Part shown: positions 1-7,186 of the stretch, one piece after another
Numbering within the stretch: position 1 is the stretch's first letter
Layout: every line of letters begins with the position of its first letter
From: Verrucomicrobiia bacterium
Lineage (GTDB): Bacteria; Verrucomicrobiota; Verrucomicrobiia; Limisphaerales; UBA11358
Assembly (NCBI GenBank): GCA_036490655.1
Contig: DASXDM010000039.1
Span: 2,559-66,558 of the forward strand
Reading direction: 5' to 3'
DNA: 64,000 nt
Notes under the pieces: model-generated
The model's input: the letters and a program-made list of their open reading frames with translations, nothing else
What the model was told of the DNA's origin: nothing
Database searches by the model: none
Translations under genes and position numbers: made by a program

Positions 1-312
1 CCGCATTACAACGTCATGGGCGTGGCCAAGGCCGCGCTCGAAGCCAGCACGCGCTATCTGGCCTATGATCTGGGTCCGCGCAAGATCCGCGTCAATTGCA
101 TCAGCGCCGGCCCGGTGAATACGCTGGCGGCGCGCGGCATCGCGGGTTTCCAGGAAATGTTGAAACATTACGAGGCGCACGCGCCGTTGAAACGGAATGT
201 ATTGCCCGAAGAACTGGGCGCGACCGGCACGTTTTTGGCGAGCGACGGCGCGGCCGCGATCACCGGCCAGGTCCTTTACGTCGATTCCGGTTATCAGATC
301 ATGGGGATGTGA
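1..312 (+). CDS. fabI: enoyl-[acyl-carrier-protein] reductase FabI, C-terminal part (5' end outside window)
   Basis: Open in frame from nt 1 ([16 protein letters not shown]...). It has the SDR catalytic Y-x-x-M-x-x-x-K region (YNVMGVAK), ISAGPVNT, and the C-terminal VDSGYQIMG typical of FabI. Confidence 0.9.
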   Translation, partial: PHYNVMGVAKAALEASTRYLAYDLGPRKIRVNCISAGPVNTLAARGIAGFQEMLKHYEAHAPLKRNVLPEELGATGTFLASDGAAAITGQVLYVDSGYQIMGM

Positions 313-357
313 AATAGAATGATTGAGTCCGTCACGGAAATTTAATTGGCAAGGGCA

Positions 358-654
358 TCACCGCAATCGCCGGATCCAGTAATCAGGTCTTCGGCTCAAA
401 TGCGCGATAGCGACGATCCAAAAGCGGTCCAACTGTTTCAAATAGACAATTCTGAAGGGAAATCTTTTTATTTTCCAACTGCGGGTTCCCAGCCTGCTCA
501 AACGGCCAAGCTCAGGTTGTTTCTGAATTTCCAGCAGAGTGGCTTCCATAATGGAAAGAAAGGCTTCTCCCAGAAGCGGATTCCGCCGCTCATAGAATTG
601 CGCGGAGTTAATCAACTCACTTGCGGCCAGCCGATGATAGACGACGGGCTTCAT
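358..654 (-). CDS. RelE/ParE-family type II toxin
   Basis: 98-aa ORF directly downstream of, and overlapping by 38 nt, a small antitoxin-like ORF. The sequence pattern (FYERRNPLLGEAF..., FRIVYL...IVAIAHLSRRP) resembles plasmid-stabilisation ParE/RelE toxins. Confidence 0.75.
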   Translation of the reverse strand: MKPVVYHRLAASELINSAQFYERRNPLLGEAFLSIMEATLLEIQKQPELGRLSRLGTRSWKIKRFPFRIVYLKQLDRFWIVAIAHLSRRPDYWIRRLR

Positions 655-874
655 TTAGCGCACGGCGGGCATTCTTCATTACCCGGCCGGCGGGTATGCC
701 TTTCTCGGCTCCGGACTCGATTTCCGTGACTCGCCGCTCAATCTCGTCGTCCCAGGCCATCCCGATTTCCGGGGTCGAATAAGCATCAATGCTCTCAATA
801 ATTTTTTCCGCCAACCGCACGCGGGAACGCGGAGATAACTCGAGAACTTCTTTTTCCAACACACGCAGTGTCAT
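617..874 (-). CDS. addiction-module antitoxin component (short helical type)
   Basis: 85-aa ORF. LELSPRSRVRLAEKIIESI...WDDEIERRVTEIESG matches the LSPEER..W..E..RR...G pattern of putative addiction-module components. It is paired with the toxin ORF. Confidence 0.7.
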   Translation of the reverse strand: MTLRVLEKEVLELSPRSRVRLAEKIIESIDAYSTPEIGMAWDDEIERRVTEIESGAEKGIPAGRVMKNARRALNEARRLSSAGRK

Positions 875-930
875 CGTTTCCTACAATGCCATTCGATTTC
901 ATTTGAATCAAGCATGGATGCCTGATGATT

Positions 931-1536
931 TTATTCCGGCCTCTTCATCTCAAACCGGTCGCGTGTGCGGCAATACCAATGCGGGGACGACATGCGGCCG
1001 ATCATGGAAAGTTTTTCAGTGCGCACCCTCTTCGTCTCCGCGTCAAATAATTCCTCGCGCACATGAAGCCGTTTGATCACGCCGATGACGAGTCGATTGC
1101 CGCCGATCTGCAGCGTTCCCCATTCGACGCATTCCAGATTGGCGGGCGCCTCGGCGATCCGCGGCGGCTTGACCAACGACGATGGCACCGCCGTCAATTT
1201 GGCGCGCACCAGTTCGTTCTCGCCATAGGGCAGGGAAGCGGCGCATTGGTTCATCGCTTCGGCGATCGATTCATCCACGAGGTTGACGACAAATTCATGC
1301 GTGGCGCGAATGTTTAAGGCCGTGTCCTTGGGGACGCCATTATCGCGATCGGCGGGCGCAAATGCACAGATCGGCGGGTTCGCGCCAAGAACATTGAAGA
1401 AACTGAAAGGCGCGGCATTGATCTTTCCCTCCGGACTGAGCGTGGTCACCAACGCGATTGGTCGCGGCACGACAAGGCTGACGAGCAGAGGATAGGCGCG
1501 GTCGGCAAATTCATTTTCGAGGTCAAGTTCCACCAT
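931..1536 (-). CDS. flavin reductase-like (FMN-binding split-barrel) protein
   Basis: PRPIALVTT...NAAPFSFFN motif typical of flavin reductase domain proteins. 201 aa. Confidence 0.8.
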   Translation of the reverse strand: MVELDLENEFADRAYPLLVSLVVPRPIALVTTLSPEGKINAAPFSFFNVLGANPPICAFAPADRDNGVPKDTALNIRATHEFVVNLVDESIAEAMNQCAASLPYGENELVRAKLTAVPSSLVKPPRIAEAPANLECVEWGTLQIGGNRLVIGVIKRLHVREELFDAETKRVRTEKLSMIGRMSSPHWYCRTRDRFEMKRPE

Positions 1537-1545
1537 AGCGCGAAG

Positions 1546-2841
1546 TTAAGGCAACTTTTCCAACCGCGCAACAAATGCCCCATCCACCGTATCGGCAAAG
1601 GGCAGCAATTCCTTCTGTAATGCCAATTTGAAATCGTTGTGGCTGCCCAGGAATTCCTTCATCACTTCAGAATTTTCCTCCGGCTCCAGACTGCACGTGC
1701 TGTAAACCAAAGTACCGCCCGGGTTCAATCTTGTTGCGGCAAACGCCAATAATTTCAACTGTTCCTGTCGCAGCCGCGAAATTTCTTCCGTCGAAATCCG
1801 CCAGCGCAGGTCCACCCGGCGGCGCATCACGCCGGAATTGGAGCAAGGGGCATCGATCAAAATTTTATCGAATTTGGCGGCCTGAGACTTGAGCTTCGAG
1901 TTTTGGATCATTTCAGCGCAAGTGACGCCGAGGCGCCGGCAATTTTCCCCGATCAATTGCAAGCGGTCTTCAAAAACATCGGAGGCAAAGATTTTGCATT
2001 CATTGCGCGACAGTTGTGCCAGGAAGGTGGTTTTGCCGCCGGGCGCCGCGCACAGGTCCAGGATCACTTCTCCCGCTTTTGGCGCGAGCACCAGCGGCGC
2101 CAGCAGGGTGCCTGGGTCCTGGACGTAAAACCAGCCATCCATAAAACTCTTGAGAGAGGCGAGCGAGGGGTGCGCTTTCAATTCAAAGACCAGGTTTTCA
2201 TCGAGCCAGTCGCGCCGGACGAAATCATATTCCACGCCTTCTTCCCGCCATGTCTCCAGCAGTTTGCCGGCATCCATTTTCAGGGAGTTCACCCGCGCAT
2301 AGATTTTCGGCGGCAGATTATTCCATTCGAGCAGTTGCCGCGTTTTCTCTTCGCCAAAATTTCCCCGCCATTTTTCCACGAGCCATTTCGGATGCGAGAA
2401 TCCGAGCGCAGGGTCTGAAGTTTTTAAGGCGGCGAGGATTTTTTTGGTTTCATCAAATTCGCGCAAATAATTGCGCAGGATGGCATTCACAAATCCCGCT
2501 TGCGGGCCGAAGCCGAGGTGTTTGGCCACTTCGACAGTTTCGTGGACGGCGGCGTGGGCGGGGATCCGGTCGAGCCAGAAAATCTGGTAAAGGCCCAGGC
2601 GCAACAGGTTTTGCAAGCCGGTTTTTTGCCCGGGGCGGTTGGACTTGCGTTGGATGAGCCAGTCGAGGGTGGCCTGCCAGCGCACGGAGCCATAAACGAT
2701 CTCCTGGCAGAGTCCACGGTCGGGAGCGGACAATCTGGTATTGGCCAATTCACGCTCCAGGAGGGTTTCAACGAACAGGTCGTGGGCGCGGCGGTTCAGA
2801 ATTTGCACCGCGATTTGTCTTGGATTTTGGTCGTTCACCAA
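1546..2841 (-). CDS. rsmB: 16S rRNA (cytosine-C5)-methyltransferase RsmB/Sun
   Basis: N-terminal NusB-like domain. SAM motif DLCAAPGGKT. Catalytic motifs IDAPCSNSGVMRRR and TLVYSTCSLEPEEN. Confidence 0.85.
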   Translation of the reverse strand: MVNDQNPRQIAVQILNRRAHDLFVETLLERELANTRLSAPDRGLCQEIVYGSVRWQATLDWLIQRKSNRPGQKTGLQNLLRLGLYQIFWLDRIPAHAAVHETVEVAKHLGFGPQAGFVNAILRNYLREFDETKKILAALKTSDPALGFSHPKWLVEKWRGNFGEEKTRQLLEWNNLPPKIYARVNSLKMDAGKLLETWREEGVEYDFVRRDWLDENLVFELKAHPSLASLKSFMDGWFYVQDPGTLLAPLVLAPKAGEVILDLCAAPGGKTTFLAQLSRNECKIFASDVFEDRLQLIGENCRRLGVTCAEMIQNSKLKSQAAKFDKILIDAPCSNSGVMRRRVDLRWRISTEEISRLRQEQLKLLAFAATRLNPGGTLVYSTCSLEPEENSEVMKEFLGSHNDFKLALQKELLPFADTVDGAFVARLEKLP

Positions 2842-2885
2842 TTTTAATATGACATTCGGCTATTGGGACGCGAGTCTAAAAATTT

Positions 2886-4751
2886 ATGAAAGAAGAATTC
2901 GAAAAACTGGCGGCAGCAGGAAAGATTGAAGGCCGCCATGTCGATGCCCTGGTGAAACTCACCGAGGGCGGCTGCTGCCAGCACCGGAGTTGGGGATTTG
3001 GAAAGATCAAAGCGGTGGACACTGTGTTCGCCCGCTTCACCATCGATTTTCCCGGAAGACCCGGCCACACGATGGACCTGTCGTTTGCCGCTGAAAATCT
3101 CAAGCCCATCCCCAAAGACCATATTCTCGCGCGAAAAGCCAATGATCTGGACGGGGTGCGCTCGATGGCGGCGCATCATCTCGACCTCATCAAGCTGGTC
3201 TTGAATAGTTTTGGTGGCCGCGCCACGGTGGACCAGATCCAGCACGCGCTGGTGCCCGAGGTCATCAATGATGATTGGAAGAAGTGGTGGGACACTGCGC
3301 GGCGCGAGATGAAAAAGGACGGCCATTTCATCGTCCCGGTCAAAAAGACCGACCCCGTCGTTTTCCAACAACAGGAAACCACCCTCCAGGACCGTTCCCT
3401 GGCGGATTTTCGCAAGGCCAAGGGCCTGAAGGCGCGCGTGGCCGTGGTCAGCGAAATCCTCAAGGCCGTCACCGACCTGGCCGACAAGACAGCGGCTGCC
3501 AACGAAATCATCGCCGCCTTGAATGTCGACATCGCGACGCATCAACGCACACAGCCGCCGGTCGCCCTGGAAGCGGTCTTTATCCGGGATGAATTGCGCC
3601 ATGCCGCCGGGGTGCCACCCATTGCCGGCGAAATCTCCGACACGCAGATTTGGATGCAGGACGGAGTCAAATTGGGCGCGCTGCTCGATGGGCTTCCCGC
3701 CGCCAAACATCATCGGGCGCTCGAATCTTTTAAACAGGCGAATCCCAACTGGCAGGAAGTCTTGCGCGTTACGCTGAACCAGGTTTCGGCCAAATTGGCC
3801 AAGGAAATCGCCGCGTTACTGGTCCGCGAAGGCAAACTGGAACTGCTCAAGGAAACGCTCGCCAAGCACATCAACCAGCATACCGCCAGCACCGAATTGC
3901 TCCTCTGGTTCGCCCGCGAACGCAATGAAGACTTTGTGGACATCCTCGGCCCGGAAGTGTTCCGCGCCATGCTGACCTCCATGGAACGCGACCAGTTCAA
4001 TGAAAAGCGCTCGAACCGCCTGCGTGATTTCATCATGGAAGACCTGGAATTGATCGGCGAATTGACCGCCAGCGCGGACATCGAAGTCATCAAAGACCTG
4101 ACGCGCGCCCTGCAACTTTCCACCGTGTTCGACGACATGGATAAGCGTTCGCTCCTGGCCCGGTTGGTCAAGGCGCATCCGTCCATCCAATCCCTCATCA
4201 CCGGCGAGCAGACCAAGCAGGACACGTCGCTGATCGTCTCCTGGGAAAGTCTCGAACGCCGTCGCAACGAATATCAGGACCTGGTGCAGAAGCAGATCCC
4301 GGCCAATTCCAAGGAGATCGCGATCGCGCGCAGCTACGGCGATTTACGCGAAAATCACGAATACAAAGCCGCCAAGGAGATGCAGAAAGTCCTCATGCGC
4401 CGCAAAGACGAGTTGGAATCCCAACTCACCCGCGCCCGCGGCACGGATTATTCCAATGCCAAGACCGACGCCGTGAACATCGGTACCGTGGTCCAGGTGA
4501 CGGACTTGGACGCCAACCGGCTGGACACGTACACCATTCTCGGCGCCTGGGATTCCGATCCGGACAAAGGCATCATCAGCTATCTCACGCCAATCGGGCA
4601 GTCCTTGCTCAACCGTAAACCGGGCGATGAGATCGAATTTGAACTGCACGGCGCCAAGCACCGCCATCGCATCGAGAAGATTGAAGCGGCGAAGATCGAG
4701 GCCGCTAAAATAGAAACGGCTGCGCCGGAAACCGTTCCGGCACAGCCGTAG
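2886..4751 (+). CDS. GreA/GreB-family transcript-cleavage factor core fused to a long N-terminal extension
   Basis: Residues from about 470 to 600 carry the GreA coiled-coil tip (SYGDLRENHEYKAAKE) and the C-terminal FKBP-like domain (VNIGTVVQV...YTILGAWDSDPDKGIISYLTPIGQSLLNRKPGDEIEF). About 470 aa of uncharacterised sequence precede them. The C-terminal tail is IEKIEAAKIEAAKIETAAPE. Confidence 0.75.
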   Translation: MKEEFEKLAAAGKIEGRHVDALVKLTEGGCCQHRSWGFGKIKAVDTVFARFTIDFPGRPGHTMDLSFAAENLKPIPKDHILARKANDLDGVRSMAAHHLDLIKLVLNSFGGRATVDQIQHALVPEVINDDWKKWWDTARREMKKDGHFIVPVKKTDPVVFQQQETTLQDRSLADFRKAKGLKARVAVVSEILKAVTDLADKTAAANEIIAALNVDIATHQRTQPPVALEAVFIRDELRHAAGVPPIAGEISDTQIWMQDGVKLGALLDGLPAAKHHRALESFKQANPNWQEVLRVTLNQVSAKLAKEIAALLVREGKLELLKETLAKHINQHTASTELLLWFARERNEDFVDILGPEVFRAMLTSMERDQFNEKRSNRLRDFIMEDLELIGELTASADIEVIKDLTRALQLSTVFDDMDKRSLLARLVKAHPSIQSLITGEQTKQDTSLIVSWESLERRRNEYQDLVQKQIPANSKEIAIARSYGDLRENHEYKAAKEMQKVLMRRKDELESQLTRARGTDYSNAKTDAVNIGTVVQVTDLDANRLDTYTILGAWDSDPDKGIISYLTPIGQSLLNRKPGDEIEFELHGAKHRHRIEKIEAAKIEAAKIETAAPETVPAQP

Positions 4752-4763
4752 AGTGAGACCCGC

Positions 4764-5213
4764 TTACGCCTTTCCGCCGAAGGTGACGTAATCGTCCAGG
4801 TCGAGAAAATCGAACCAGGTGGTGATGTCCTCGCGTTTCGGTCCAGCGGCTTTATGCATGCTGTTGAAATATTCACGTGATTCCACGTCGCTCGGCGCGC
4901 GTTTTTCAGCGCACATCGACCAAAGGCAGATTTCCTCTTCAGATCGTTTGTTTTTCGCATTGGCCGCGATCCATTCCAGGATTTCGCCGTCGCCTTTGCC
5001 TGTGGCCAGTTCCTTTTTCAAGGCTTCCGCGTCGACGCCGGCAAATTCCAGGAATCGCTTGTCGAGCGGGCAATCATAATGATATTCGCCATGCTTGCCG
5101 GTGAGGGCCGCGCGGCCTTTGTCGATACAACGGGCCAGGATCACGTATCCGCCCAACCGTACGCGCGGGCTGCGCGGGGGAAACTTCGTCAAATCAGGGG
5201 TGTTCAATGACAT
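4764..5213 (-). CDS. DUF5069-like protein
   Basis: N-terminus (PPRSPRVRLGGYVILARCIDKGRA...GEYHYDCPLDKRFLEF) matches the pattern I associate with DUF5069. 149 aa. Confidence 0.6.
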   Translation of the reverse strand: MSLNTPDLTKFPPRSPRVRLGGYVILARCIDKGRAALTGKHGEYHYDCPLDKRFLEFAGVDAEALKKELATGKGDGEILEWIAANAKNKRSEEEICLWSMCAEKRAPSDVESREYFNSMHKAAGPKREDITTWFDFLDLDDYVTFGGKA

Positions 5214-5280
5214 AATTTTTCTTTCAACTTTGGGGTGATTACTAATGTTTTTTCCAGAGAACTAAATTGCCTCAAAAAAG

Positions 5281-5415
5281 GCGGATTGCAAGTGCAACCG
5301 GCGCAGGGCAGGCATCCTGCCAGTCGGATTGCGCCTATCTTGCGCACGATTGGATTGGACTCAGTCGCACGGTTGGAAGCCGCGTGTACCGGTACGCTGG
5401 AAGCATACCCTACCT
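5281..5415. repeat. GC-rich palindromic intergenic (REP-like) elements
   Basis: Perfect hairpin GGCAGG-CAT-CCTGCC at 5308-5322, flanked by the direct repeats gcggattgc/tcggattgc. TGGAAGC occurs twice at 5374-5405. The region is non-coding, between divergent genes. Confidence 0.4.
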
Positions 5416-5516
5416 CCCGCGGTGCGACTTGGCGATTTGCTGTTGACAGATGAGCGTCTTCTGGGAGTCTGGCTGTACCGAGCCGCTGGATTTGATCCTT
5501 TAATTCAAACAATTTT

Positions 5517-6695
5517 ATGAAACGCATATTACAACTGGCAGCCATCCTGGTGCTGCTCGTAGCTCTTAACAAACACGCCTCAACCGCTTTCGCTCAGGGC
5601 ACGACAGCCTTCACCTATCAGGGACAACTCCATGACACTGGTACGAATGCCAACGGCACATACACGATGATTTTTTCGCTTTATACTGCTTCCAGCGGAG
5701 GCACGCAGCTTGGCAGCACTCTCACGACGAGTTCGACTTTGGTCAACGGCCTTTTCACCGTGAATCTGGATTTTGGGAACGTCTTCAACGGCAGCGCCTG
5801 CTATTTGGACATCACCGTGACCAACGGCGGCATGACCCAGGAGCTCTCCCCGCGTGTGCAAGTGTTGCCCTCGCCTTATGCGCTTTATTCCAGCAGTGCC
5901 GCCGGCCTTTCCAGTGGAACTTGGAGCCTGGGAGTTGGCACTTATGATGATGTCACCGATATCTTTGGAATTTTTAACAATGGTTCGTTAGTCATGGGAC
6001 TGACACCTTCCAATGGTGATTTTTCTACCGGCTTAAGCATTCCGAAAATAGAGACATTTGATTCGTCTGGGACTTTCGATGTTCCGCCCGGCGAGGGAAG
6101 AATCATGGTCGAAGTCTGGGGCGGTGGCGGCGGCGGCGGCGGCGGCGGTAACGGTGGAACTTACTCTGAGATGACTTATTCTGGTGGACCCGGTGGTGGC
6201 GGTGGTGGCGGTGGTTACGGGAAGGATGCCATTTCTGTTACCCCGGGAAGCAGCCTGACGGTAACAATTGGAGCCGGTGGAACCGCTGGTGGGATTGGAA
6301 GTGCTGGATCTGGTGGCGGAACGACCAGTGTCTCAGACATCTCCGGCGTGTTGATTAGTGCCACCGGCGGTAACGGCGGCGCCGCTGGTGGGAACAGTTC
6401 ATCTGGTGGCAATGGCAGCGCTGGGAATGGTGGAAATCCTGGAACCAGCACGGCATCTCTGTCAATCAATGGAGTTCAGGGTGGCGGTGGGCCAAACACT
6501 GCTGTGACAGCCTCAGGAGGATCTGGTGCCTTGGGCGGGGCTGGTGGTGTTGGAGGCGCCTATGGCAGCTTTCCCGGTGCTTTTGGGACTGGACAAGCTC
6601 CGGGTGGCGGCGGCGCCTCCGGGGCAGGTCAATACGGAGCAGCCGGTACCGCTGGCAACAGCGGCGCCAGCGGCATGGTTGTCATTTATTACTGA
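5517..6695 (+). CDS. secreted protein with an N-terminal fibre-like beta domain and a C-terminal polyglycine (glycine-rich) domain
   Basis: Signal peptide MKRILQLAAILVLLVALNKHASTAFA. AFTYQGQL...NGTYTMIFSLY...LFTVNLDFG module. Then FDVPPGEGRIMVEVWGGGGGGGGGGNGG, followed by repeated GGxGG/GxGGxxG blocks and LTVTIGAGGTAGG. The protein ends in VVIYY. Confidence 0.7.
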   Translation: MKRILQLAAILVLLVALNKHASTAFAQGTTAFTYQGQLHDTGTNANGTYTMIFSLYTASSGGTQLGSTLTTSSTLVNGLFTVNLDFGNVFNGSACYLDITVTNGGMTQELSPRVQVLPSPYALYSSSAAGLSSGTWSLGVGTYDDVTDIFGIFNNGSLVMGLTPSNGDFSTGLSIPKIETFDSSGTFDVPPGEGRIMVEVWGGGGGGGGGGNGGTYSEMTYSGGPGGGGGGGGYGKDAISVTPGSSLTVTIGAGGTAGGIGSAGSGGGTTSVSDISGVLISATGGNGGAAGGNSSSGGNGSAGNGGNPGTSTASLSINGVQGGGGPNTAVTASGGSGALGGAGGVGGAYGSFPGAFGTGQAPGGGGASGAGQYGAAGTAGNSGASGMVVIYY

Positions 6696-6723
6696 TGCCA
6701 GCAGCAAACCAACTAAGTTCTCT

Positions 6724-7152
6724 ATGAAATTTTTCCTCTACTTGCTGTTGGTTTCCAGCACCGCTTTTGCCCAAAGTAGCGCCCGCTTCACCATCACCCG
6801 CACCGTGATGGCAGATGGCGGGGCCACCGTGAGTTCCAGCAGCCGTTTCTCATTGGCCAGTACCGTCGGCCAGCCGCTGGCCGCAGTGCCCGCCAGCGCG
6901 CGGTTTTCCATCCAGGGAGGCTTTTGGATCCGGCCCGCGCCTATCATTTTTGCACCAACTCAAATCGGGACCAATTTCGTGGCCTCCATTCAAACCGAGT
7001 TGGGGCAGACCTACACAGTGCAATACGCTAATTCTCTTTCCGCGCTGAATTGGCAAACAGTGACCACGGTTAAAGGCAACGGCGGGGTGATGACCGTGAC
7101 GAATTCCGCCTCAGGCTCTTCACAGCAATTTTTCCGGCTGGTTGAGCAGTAG
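6724..7152 (+). CDS. small secreted protein with a GGFW motif and a C-terminal Y-x-V-Q-Y...W...QQFFRL module
   Basis: ATG at 6724 gives the signal peptide MKFFLYLLLVSSTAFA, 29 nt after the stop of the glycine-rich gene. Motifs RFSLASTVGQP...RFSIQGGFW and TYTVQYANSLSALNWQTV...QQFFRLVEQ. Confidence 0.6.
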   Translation: MKFFLYLLLVSSTAFAQSSARFTITRTVMADGGATVSSSSRFSLASTVGQPLAAVPASARFSIQGGFWIRPAPIIFAPTQIGTNFVASIQTELGQTYTVQYANSLSALNWQTVTTVKGNGGVMTVTNSASGSSQQFFRLVEQ

Positions 7153-7186
7153 CCACTCTGCAAAAACCGGCACACTGTTAAGCCTG

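Noticed and set aside
2844-3713. Other long antisense or alternative-frame ORFs: 2844-3713, 21486-22340, 24713-25564, 34163-35002, 42193-43608, 52325-52921, 57277-58437, 58553-59158, 62443-63846, 32650-33396, 10521-11228 and 11394-11933
   Set aside because: Each lies opposite to, or out of frame with, a gene that has clear family motifs (GreA-like, porin, pstA, pckG, GH78, LOG, histidine kinase, LemA, pheT, ATPase, rpsB, tsf). Each has an Arg/Gly/His/Ala-biased composition typical of GC-rich shadow frames.
6118-6500. Repetitive GGN-rich DNA that could superficially look like a repeat array
   Set aside because: It is in frame inside a coding region and translates to polyglycine blocks. There is no repeat/spacer periodicity of 25-40 nt, so it is not a CRISPR array.
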